Below are positions 57,069 through 64,000 of a stretch of 64,000 bases of DNA, in pieces (positions within the stretch are counted from its first letter, which is position 1; each line of letters starts with the position of its first letter). A program made the translations under genes and the position numbers. The notes beneath the pieces were generated by a model. That model had not been told where the DNA came from and did no database searches. It saw only the letters and a program-made list of their open reading frames with translations. Source of the stretch: an uncultured Merdimonas sp. (GTDB lineage Bacteria > Bacillota > Clostridia > Lachnospirales > Lachnospiraceae); the NCBI GenBank assembly GCA_944375885.1, contig CALWBB010000001.1:42166-106165 (forward strand), given 5' to 3'.

Positions 57069-58010
57069 GTGAAGGTACTTGTAACATCGCGATCATTTGG
57101 GCAGGCAGGAAAAGAACCGTTTCTCATTTTGGAAAATGCGGGGATTGAGGTAACTCGCCTGGTGGATGAGTTTACACAGGAAACATTTGCAGAGAGTATT
57201 CCAAACTATGATGCGTTAATCATTGGCTCTCATAAGTTTCCGGCAGACTTAATGGAAAATTGCAGGAAGCTTCAGATTATAGCGAAGCATGGTGCAGGGT
57301 TGGACAATATAGATTTGGAAGCAGCGAAAAGGCTTGGGATTACGGTGAAAAATGTCCCAGCCGCCAATGCCAACGCAGTTGCAGATTTGGCTGTCGCGCA
57401 TATGCTGAATCTGTGTCGGGGCGTTTCTGTAAGCTCTCAGGAAGTTAAAACAGGAAAGTGGAAAGTGTATATGGGATGTGATATGTATGCAAAAACATTG
57501 GGATTAGTGGGATTTGGAAACATAGCCCGAAATGTGGCACGCAGAGCCAGAGGTTTTTCTATGAAAATTCTTGTTTTTGATCCTTATCTGAAAGAGCTGC
57601 CGGAAGAATTTGCAGAATATGTCAGATTGGTTTCCTGGAAGGAAGTAATAGAAAACAGCGATTTTGTGTCTATCCATGTTCCCTTGACAAAAGAAACCCG
57701 AGGCATGTTCAATAGACAGCAGATAGCAGCTATGAAGCCAGGTGCTTTTCTTATCAATACCAGCCGCGGAGGAATTGTAGACGAGTCCGCATTGTATGAG
57801 GCTTGCAAATGTGGAAAACTTGGGGGCGCCGCTTTGGATGTGGTGGAAAATGAGCCAATCCGGCCGGATAATCCCCTGCTGTCTTTAGAGAACATAGTGA
57901 TCACGCCGCATATCGGAATGTATTCCATAGAAGCTGTAAATGCTATTTCTGTAATTTGTGCCCAGAATGTTGTCAATAAATTGTGCGCTGAAAAAACGGT
58001 AGATTTCTAA
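57069..58010 (+). CDS. D-2-hydroxyacid/phosphoglycerate dehydrogenase family protein
   Basis: HGAGLDNID, GFGNIA, HVPLT, INTSRGGIVDE, LDV...EP, TPHIG. Confidence 0.92.
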   Translation: MKVLVTSRSFGQAGKEPFLILENAGIEVTRLVDEFTQETFAESIPNYDALIIGSHKFPADLMENCRKLQIIAKHGAGLDNIDLEAAKRLGITVKNVPAANANAVADLAVAHMLNLCRGVSVSSQEVKTGKWKVYMGCDMYAKTLGLVGFGNIARNVARRARGFSMKILVFDPYLKELPEEFAEYVRLVSWKEVIENSDFVSIHVPLTKETRGMFNRQQIAAMKPGAFLINTSRGGIVDESALYEACKCGKLGGAALDVVENEPIRPDNPLLSLENIVITPHIGMYSIEAVNAISVICAQNVVNKLCAEKTVDF

Positions 58011-58068
58011 CAAGAATCATAGGTTTTGCGGTCCCAGAAATTATGCTTTTTTAAGAGGTGAAAGTTCC

Positions 58069-58096
58069 TTGACGGACGGGAAAAGACAGGTATAAT
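58069..58096 (+). promoter_or_regulatory. Promoter of the GntR regulator gene
   Basis: TTGACG-16 nt-TATAAT. Confidence 0.6.
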
Positions 58097-58140
58097 AAAG
58101 TTGAGAAAGCGGTAAAACGCGCATGCAGGAGAGCTGATTT

Positions 58141-58878
58141 ATGGGTACAAAGGAGAAACCGATTAAAAAAGGAAAATTGTCTGAAATAGTGGTGGAAAGG
58201 ATTCATGCACAGATTCGATCGGGCGAATTAAAATCCGGAGAAAGGCTTCCGACGGAGAGGGCCATGGCGGAAAGTATGGGAGTGAGCCGGACAGTTATCC
58301 GGGAAGCAATCCGCATTATGGTAGACAACGATATTCTGGAACTCAGGAATGGACGCAGTTATGTGCGCCAGCTTACTTTTGATGAAATCGTGACAAATAT
58401 TTGTGACAGCGTTGTGCCAGGCCAAATCTCCCTTCTGGAAGTTATGGAAGTGCGGACGGTTCTGGAACTTTACATTGTAAAAAAGGCTGCTGAAAACATT
58501 ACAGAAGAGCAGATAGAGGAACTGCAGGAAAGTATTGACAGGATGAAGCTTCTGATGGAAGAAGGGGATAAAGGCTCTGTGGAAGAAAGCGCTTTCCACC
58601 GTGGGCTGGCAGAGGCCACAGGAAACAGTGCTTTGAAAAGTATCTATGTACTCTGTGAAACATTGTTTAACAGCACACAGCATAATACATGGAAGGGTGT
58701 GCAGACAGCGGACGGAGCGCCCAATACGGCTGTGCCGGATCATCAAGCTATTCTGGACGCACTCCGTGAGCATAATCCAAACCGGGCAGAGCTTCTTATG
58801 CAGGCACATATGGATTATGCCAGAAAAAATATCGAAAGATTATATGAAAGCCGCAAGACAGAATTGAGGCAGTCATAG
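58141..58878 (+). CDS. GntR/FadR family transcriptional regulator
   Basis: GERLPTER.MAE.MGVSRTVIREA wHTH; FCD domain (FH..LAEATGN, DHQAILDAL, MQAH). Confidence 0.93.
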   Translation: MGTKEKPIKKGKLSEIVVERIHAQIRSGELKSGERLPTERAMAESMGVSRTVIREAIRIMVDNDILELRNGRSYVRQLTFDEIVTNICDSVVPGQISLLEVMEVRTVLELYIVKKAAENITEEQIEELQESIDRMKLLMEEGDKGSVEESAFHRGLAEATGNSALKSIYVLCETLFNSTQHNTWKGVQTADGAPNTAVPDHQAILDALREHNPNRAELLMQAHMDYARKNIERLYESRKTELRQS

Positions 58879-58939
58879 AATGGAAGCTGCAGATGTACCA
58901 AGAAGAAAATGTCAGCATTTATAGGACGGAAAATTTAGA

Positions 58940-58966
58940 GAAGGGGCTGGAAACAGTCCCTTTCTT
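58940..58966 (+). terminator. Intrinsic terminator
   Basis: GAAGGGGCTG-gaaa-CAGTCCCTTTC followed by T-rich bases. Confidence 0.65.
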
Positions 58967-59041
58967 CTGCTTAAGAGACAGGGAGAATGTAATTACATGT
59001 TTAGAAAATAGAAAATATTTAGAAATAGAAGTAAAAAAGTG

Positions 59042-59070
59042 TTGAGTTTTATTCCGCAGGATGTTATTCT
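59042..59070 (+). promoter_or_regulatory. Candidate promoter of the first Rpn gene
   Basis: TTGAGT-17 nt-TATTCT with TGn extension and an A-rich upstream element. Confidence 0.5.
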
Positions 59071-59133
59071 ATTCTTGTACTGATCAGTACCGATTTCCCG
59101 GCGGCTCGCCGGAAAATTCCCCAATGCAACTCA

Positions 59134-60243
59134 TTGTTTGACAAGAAAGGATTACAAAAACTGCACATGGAACAAGGACAGGTTGGTTCACTGCAGGCTG
59201 TGACGTGGGAAACCGCGCCGCAGACAAAGGAGGAAACGCTGGAGCTTTTGAAACGGTCGCCAGGCCTTTACCGAAGCTACCGGGCGTTAAATGACAGCTG
59301 GAAGGAGCAGTTCCTGGATTTCTGCCAGGGAAAGAGGTCTCTGCCCCTGACCTATGATCCCTTTTTCAAATACCTCTTTGACCCGGAACTGCACAGAGAG
59401 CGGCTGTCCCGCTTCATCTCCAGCCTCCTGGGCTTCCAGGTGCGGATCTTGCGCGTACTCCCAGGTGAGGATCGTCTGATAGAGGGGGAAAGCTACCTGA
59501 TCATGGATCTTCTGGCAGAAGCCGAGGACGGCTCCCTGTACAATGTGGAGGTGCAGAAGCAGGCTTACGCCTTCCCGGCGGAGCGGATCTCCTGCTACTC
59601 GGCGGATCTGGTCATGCGCCAGTACATGAGGGCGAAGCGGGAGAAGGAAGGGCGGTTCTCCTACCGAGACATCAAAAAGGTCTATGTGATCGTCCTCTAT
59701 GAGAACAGCAGCGCCGCCTTCCGCCGCTGCCCCGGGGCGTATCTCCATTATGGGAAAACTGTGTTTGACACGGGGCTGGAGCTGGAACTCCTCCAGGAAT
59801 TCTGCCTGGCGGCCCTTGACGTGTACCGGAAAATCCCGTATGCTGAAAGGGAGAAAAGCGAACAGAATGCATGGCTTTCCCTGCTTACCACGGAGAGTTT
59901 GAGCGACGCGGAAGAACTCATAAGGGACTATCCGTGGCTGGAGGAGATTTACCGTGAGATCGCCATGCTGCGCCGGAAACCAGAGGAGGTGCTGGGGATG
60001 TGGTCAGACGCTCTTAGGATACTGGATGAGAATACCATGAAGCTGTATGTGGAAGAATTGGAGGAGAAACTCCAGAAGGCGCTGGAAGAGAAGGAGCAGG
60101 AAAGGATCAGAGGCCAGGAAAAGCTCCAGAAGGCGCTGGAAGAGAATGAAAAGAGCCAGGAGCAACTCCGGCAGATGGCTAAAGAAAAAGACGCGCAGAT
60201 TGCTGCCCTGGAAAAGAAGCTGAGAGAACTATCCGAAGGCTGA
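59134..60243 (+). CDS. Rpn/PD-(D/E)XK_2 family nuclease, copy 1
   Basis: YDPFFKYLF, IMDLL...YNVEVQK, RISCY motifs; coiled-coil C-tail. Start uncertain (TTG 59134 or ATG 59167). Confidence 0.85.
   Translation: MFDKKGLQKLHMEQGQVGSLQAVTWETAPQTKEETLELLKRSPGLYRSYRALNDSWKEQFLDFCQGKRSLPLTYDPFFKYLFDPELHRERLSRFISSLLGFQVRILRVLPGEDRLIEGESYLIMDLLAEAEDGSLYNVEVQKQAYAFPAERISCYSADLVMRQYMRAKREKEGRFSYRDIKKVYVIVLYENSSAAFRRCPGAYLHYGKTVFDTGLELELLQEFCLAALDVYRKIPYAEREKSEQNAWLSLLTTESLSDAEELIRDYPWLEEIYREIAMLRRKPEEVLGMWSDALRILDENTMKLYVEELEEKLQKALEEKEQERIRGQEKLQKALEENEKSQEQLRQMAKEKDAQIAALEKKLRELSEG
59998..60243 (+). CDS. Predicted in-frame internally translated small protein (RpnS-like antitoxin), copy 1, 81 aa
   Basis: GAGGAGGT Shine-Dalgarno 7 nt upstream of an in-frame ATG (MWSDALR...). 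Confidence 0.55.
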   Translation: MWSDALRILDENTMKLYVEELEEKLQKALEEKEQERIRGQEKLQKALEENEKSQEQLRQMAKEKDAQIAALEKKLRELSEG

Positions 60244-60467
60244 AAAGGCGGGCAGACAGAAGAGAAAATAAAATATAGAAAATGCATACAGAAACCGAGA
60301 CTACAGGGGCTGCCAGTGATGAAGCTTATATGTGAAAATCCGAATTGAAAAACTGACAGCTTTGCACTGACAGCTCTGCGGTCCTGGTTTATGTAGCATT
60401 TTTATCTTTTGTACTGATCAGTACCGATTTCCCGGCGGCTCGCCGGAAAATTCCCCAATGCAACTTA

Positions 60468-61544
60468 TTGTTTGACAAGAAAGGATTACAAAAACTGCAC
60501 ATGGAACAAGGACAAGTTGGTTCACTGCAGGCTGTGACGTGGGAAACCGCGCCGCAGACAAAGGAGGAAACGCTGGAGCTTTTAAAACGGTCGCCAGGCC
60601 TTTACCGAAGCTACTGGGCGTTAAATGACAGCTGGAAGGAGCAGTTCCTGGATTTCTGCCAGGGGAAGAAATCCCTGCCACTGACCTACGATCCCTTTTT
60701 CAAATACCTCTTTGACCCGGAACTGCACAGAGGGAGGCTGTCCCGCTTCATCTCCAGCCTCCTGGGCTTCCAGGTGCGGATCTTGCGCGTACTCCCAGGT
60801 GAGGATCGTCTGATAGAGGGGGAAAGCTACCTGATCATGGATCTTCTGGCAGAAGCCGAGGACGGCTCCCTGTACAATGTGGAGGTGCAGAAGCAGGCTT
60901 ACGCCTTCCCGGCGGAGCGGATCTCCTGCTACTCGGCGGATCTGGTCATGCGCCAGTACATGAGGGCGAAGCGGGAGAAGGAAGGGCGGTTCTCCTACCG
61001 AGACATCAAAAAGGTCTATGTGATCGTCCTCTATGAGAACAGCAGCGCCGCCTTCCGCCGCTGCCCCGGGGCGTATCTCCATTATGGGAAAACTGTGTTT
61101 GACACGGGGCTGGAGCTGGAACTCCTCCAGGAATTCTGCCTGGCGGCCCTTGACGTGTACCGGAAAATCCCGTATGCTGAAAGGGAGAAAAGCGAACAGA
61201 ATGCATGGCTTTCCCTGCTTACCACGGAGAGTTTGAGCGACGCGGAAGAACTCATAAGGGACTATCCGTGGCTGGAGGAGATTTACCGTGAGATCGCCAT
61301 GCTGCGCCGGAAACCAGAGGAGGTGCTGGGGATGTGGTCAGACGCTCTTAGGATACTGGATGAGAATACCATGAAGCTGTATGTGGAGGAGCTGGAGGAG
61401 AAACTCCAGAAGGCGCAGAAAGCGCTGGAAGAAAAGGAACTGGAAAGAACCAAGAGCCAGGAGCAATTCCGGCAGATGGCTGAAGAGAAAGACGCGCAAA
61501 TTGCCGCCCTGGAAAAGAAGCTGAGAGAACTGTCTGGGGAATAA
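60468..61544 (+). CDS. Rpn/PD-(D/E)XK_2 family nuclease, copy 2
   Basis: Same motifs as copy 1; differs mainly in the C-terminal tail. Confidence 0.85.
   Translation: MFDKKGLQKLHMEQGQVGSLQAVTWETAPQTKEETLELLKRSPGLYRSYWALNDSWKEQFLDFCQGKKSLPLTYDPFFKYLFDPELHRGRLSRFISSLLGFQVRILRVLPGEDRLIEGESYLIMDLLAEAEDGSLYNVEVQKQAYAFPAERISCYSADLVMRQYMRAKREKEGRFSYRDIKKVYVIVLYENSSAAFRRCPGAYLHYGKTVFDTGLELELLQEFCLAALDVYRKIPYAEREKSEQNAWLSLLTTESLSDAEELIRDYPWLEEIYREIAMLRRKPEEVLGMWSDALRILDENTMKLYVEELEEKLQKAQKALEEKELERTKSQEQFRQMAEEKDAQIAALEKKLRELSGE
61332..61544 (+). CDS. Predicted in-frame internally translated small protein (RpnS-like antitoxin), copy 2, 70 aa
   Basis: Same GAGGAGGT-7 nt-ATG internal start. Confidence 0.55.
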   Translation: MWSDALRILDENTMKLYVEELEEKLQKAQKALEEKELERTKSQEQFRQMAEEKDAQIAALEKKLRELSGE

Positions 61545-61608
61545 CGGAATAGGACATAAGGGGAAAGAAGACAGACGGCAGGACAGGGCGAAGTAAGGCA
61601 AGACAGAG

Positions 61609-61662
61609 AAGGGGTGCGGCTCAATCATCGAAAGATAATGATGATTGAGCCGCACCCCTTTT
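61609..61662. terminator. Bidirectional terminator with perfect 21-bp stem
   Basis: AAGGGGTGCGGCTCAATCATC / GATGATTGAGCCGCACCCCTT between convergent genes. Confidence 0.8.
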
Positions 61663-61702
61663 GTGAAGGTTTCTATACCGTTCCAGCCCGGCCGGCAGTC
61701 TT

Positions 61703-62179
61703 TCAGTACGGCCAGCAGTTTTCCAGGCCTGCCAGCAGGCGCCCTGCGTAAATCTCCCGCAGAAGCGCGTCCAGCCGGCGCATGCAAAGGCAGGCCTGTG
61801 CCGGGGCAAGCAGCCCTTCCTCCAGCGCCTGGGCTACTTCGTCCAGATCTACGACGCGTACTTCGCCGGAAGGGTAGAGCAGCACATCGGCCAGAAGATC
61901 GGTGAAGATATAGGTGTCTGTCTCTGCGTCCCAGGTATAGTCGATGATATCGCAGTACCAGCAGATCAGTTCCCCGCTGTGGTTCAGGAAACGGCTGATT
62001 TTCCAGCCCTTATCGAGAAGATAGCAGGAGGCTCCGTGGCTCAGCTCTTTTTTAGGCCGTATTGTCTTCCAGCGGGTTACGAGCAGGCGCTCGGTGCGAA
62101 GCAGGATTTCATCGCTGTCCAGGCGGATGCATTCAGAGGGAATCAGGCGTTTCCGGTACAATACAGGTTTTTCTGACAT
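61703..62179 (-). CDS. DUF402-like protein
   Basis: YRKRLIP.EC..L, W.ISRF, WYCDI, FTDLLADV...VVDLDE; AGGAGG RBS. Confidence 0.75.
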   Translation of the reverse strand: MSEKPVLYRKRLIPSECIRLDSDEILLRTERLLVTRWKTIRPKKELSHGASCYLLDKGWKISRFLNHSGELICWYCDIIDYTWDAETDTYIFTDLLADVLLYPSGEVRVVDLDEVAQALEEGLLAPAQACLCMRRLDALLREIYAGRLLAGLENCWPY

Positions 62180-62264
62180 AGAAGGCCTCCTTATATAGTT
62201 TGAGAATTTGAAAAGGAGGAGGGCCGCAGGCCGGCAGACAGCCGATAGGCGGCGGTCTCCCTGA

Positions 62265-63188
62265 TTATTGAAAATTTTTTACCAGTGTTATGGAACCGTC
62301 TTTTACATATTCTTTTTCTTCCGAACGCCGGTTGTAGTAGGTTCGTTTGTATAGATCCGGATCTGGAAGCGCCAGGAATTCGGAAGGCGTACAGCCGGTG
62401 ATATCCTTGAAGACACGGTTAAAGGTGCGGATATTATTGAAGCCGCAGCTTAATGCGACGTCTGTAAATTTTTTTTCCGTATGTCTTAGTTCATAGGCAG
62501 CCCGCTCCACGCGCACCATATTCAGGTAAGTCACGAAATTGGTTCCCATCAGCTTTTTGAAGGTTTTGGAAAAATGGCTGGGGCTGAAATTCATGCGCGC
62601 GGCGGCATATTCTAAAGAGATATTGTCCGCGTAATGTGCATCCAGATAGGAGAGCAGTTCCTGCAGCCCCAAAAGGGTGCGCGCCCGCCGGTCATCCGGA
62701 AGCTGTCCCATCTCTGCCCGAGGATGGTACCGTTTCAGAAGAGCCCAGAAGGTCTGGATAGAGGAAGAGACGATCTCCTGATAAAAAGGGGATTTTTCTG
62801 TGAGTTCACGCGATACAGTATCAATCAGATCCTCCAGACGGCCGGACAGGCCGCAGGCTTCAAGCTCAGCTCTGGAGACCAGGGGATAAGTAAAGCCCGG
62901 ATTCTGGAAGAGCGGGCCTAAAATCGAAGTATCAAAGATAATAAAATCCAGGGAATTGTCCAGCCCATGGGAATCGCTGTAGTGAATTACGCCGCTTTCG
63001 CAGACTGCCAGATCGCCGGCCCCAGCCACAAAGGTATGATCCGTGATATTCAGGCGGCAGCTTCCGGAGCGCACGTAGATCAGCTCGATTTCCTTATGCC
63101 AGTGGGCGAGAAACCCTATGTTTTCATAACGGGAATGCCAGACCATAAAATCAGATTCATAGCTGCGCACTTCATGGAAAGCTTTCAT
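62265..63188 (-). CDS. AraC family regulator divergent from fucI
   Basis: AHWHKEIELIYV cupin; SPSHFSKTFKK, VALSCGFNNIRTFNRVFK.ITGCTPSEF. AGGAG RBS before MKAFHE. Confidence 0.92.
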   Translation of the reverse strand: MKAFHEVRSYESDFMVWHSRYENIGFLAHWHKEIELIYVRSGSCRLNITDHTFVAGAGDLAVCESGVIHYSDSHGLDNSLDFIIFDTSILGPLFQNPGFTYPLVSRAELEACGLSGRLEDLIDTVSRELTEKSPFYQEIVSSSIQTFWALLKRYHPRAEMGQLPDDRRARTLLGLQELLSYLDAHYADNISLEYAAARMNFSPSHFSKTFKKLMGTNFVTYLNMVRVERAAYELRHTEKKFTDVALSCGFNNIRTFNRVFKDITGCTPSEFLALPDPDLYKRTYYNRRSEEKEYVKDGSITLVKNFQ

Positions 63189-63412
63189 AATACGGCAGTG
63201 TCTCCTTTGAGCAAAACTTTGGTCGTAGTGAATAAAAAAATACAAATTCTATAAGAGAAGTATATCAATTAGCACAAAAAATGTCCATATCAGAATTGAA
63301 TTTTACGTGCAATTTTTTCTGGCCTGTTATATAATAAGGACAGCAGAAGACCTGCCGTGCAGGCTTCTTTTTGAACTGGAAATGCAAATAAAGGAAATGG
63401 AGGGTATGTAAA

Positions 63413-64000
63413 GTGGCAAACAAAACACTTGTCGGAGGCTATCCCGCAATCGGCATCCGTCCGGTTATCGACGGAAGAACAGGACCTATGCAGTTAAGGC
63501 AGGGACTGGAGGATCAGATCATGGGCATGGCCCAGGCTGCCAAGAAGCTGTATGAGGAAAACTTACGTTATTCTGACGGATCCAAAGTAAAGGTCGTAAT
63601 CGCAGACGGAACGATTGGACGCGTTCCGGAATCTGCCGCCTGCCAGGAGAAGTTCCAGAGAGAAGGCGTAGCTATCACGCTGACCGTTACCGCGTGCTGG
63701 TGCTATGGATCTGAAACCATGGATATGGATCCCATGACTATCAAGGGAGTATGGGGCTTTAATGCCACAGAGCGCCCGGGCGCTGTGTATCTGGCTTCTG
63801 TTCTGGCCACCCATGCGCAGAAGGGACTGCCTGCTTTCGGCATTTACGGGCATGAGGTGCAGGATCGCGACGATGTGGAGACGATCACGGACGATGTAAA
63901 GGAGAAGCTGCTGCGCTTCGGCCGCGCGGCTATCGCGGCGGCGACTATGAGAGGAAAATCTTATCTGCAGATTGGTTCCATGTGTATGGGAATCGGCGGC
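63413..64000 (+). CDS. fucI: L-fucose isomerase, 5' part (runs off the window)
   Basis: Manually translated from GTG 63413 after a GGAGG RBS: ...[13 protein letters not shown]...[13 protein letters not shown]...[15 protein letters not shown]...[13 protein letters not shown]. Absent from the ORF track because it has no stop in the window. Confidence 0.93.
   Translation, partial: MANKTLVGGYPAIGIRPVIDGRTGPMQLRQGLEDQIMGMAQAAKKLYEENLRYSDGSKVKVVIADGTIGRVPESAACQEKFQREGVAITLTVTACWCYGSETMDMDPMTIKGVWGFNATERPGAVYLASVLATHAQKGLPAFGIYGHEVQDRDDVETITDDVKEKLLRFGRAAIAAATMRGKSYLQIGSMCMGIGG

Larger units (their letters stand above)
59075..61544 (+). repeat. Direct duplication, period 1334 bp (59075-60243 and 60409-61544)
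   Basis: Both copies start TTGTACTGATCAGTACCGATTTCCCGGCGGCTCGCCGG and are near-identical up to the variable 3' tail. Confidence 0.95.

Noticed and set aside
60352-60379. 14-bp tandem repeat ACTGACAGCT(T/C)TGC between the Rpn copies as a target-site duplication
   Set aside because: The two units are adjacent rather than flanking either gene copy; more likely slippage in one arm of a decayed hairpin.
59075-61544. Calling the Rpn copies insertion sequences or a composite transposon
   Set aside because: No terminal inverted repeats, target-site duplication or DDE/HUH motifs; the 'putative transposase' label for this family is not supported by the sequence here.

Overview
A 64-kb chromosomal window that looks like an anaerobic gut Firmicute (Clostridia/Lachnospiraceae-like gene content, Shine-Dalgarno and sigma-A promoter style). 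It is almost entirely carbohydrate-related accessory DNA. In order it holds: the end of an MFS gene and a HAMP-SpoIIE/PP2C protein whose metal-binding aspartates are replaced; a YesMN-type two-component system with a sugar ABC importer and fucU; a decayed relic plus an intact copy of an AlbA_2/HATPase/wHTH gene, the intact one directly ahead of a stand-alone GDP-L-fucose operon (manC-gmd-fcl-manA-pgm/pmm); a LacI-controlled, kinase-free catabolic operon (NitT/TauT ABC with an asymmetric ATPase pair, SDR, split transketolase, Zn-dehydrogenase, Rpe, AraD, TPI-like, LarA-like); a divergent GntR/FadR-associated pair of operons (atypical transaldolase + LarA + CoA-acylating aldehyde dehydrogenase + ADP-forming CoA ligase on the minus strand; sugar ABC, amidohydrolase, dehydrogenases, second atypical transaldolase, Eda, DgoK on the plus strand); two tandem Rpn/PD-(D/E)XK genes with an in-frame internal start and variable tails; then DUF402, an AraC regulator and the 5' part of fucI. 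Best candidates for new biology: (i) an energy-conserving sugar-acid catabolic system built like sulfoglycolysis TAL/TK variants but lacking sulfoquinovose genes and carrying two nickel-pincer LarA homologues; (ii) the tandem Rpn locus with predicted intragenic antitoxins. No rRNA, tRNA or CRISPR array was recognised. All calls are by motif recognition; no database searches were run.
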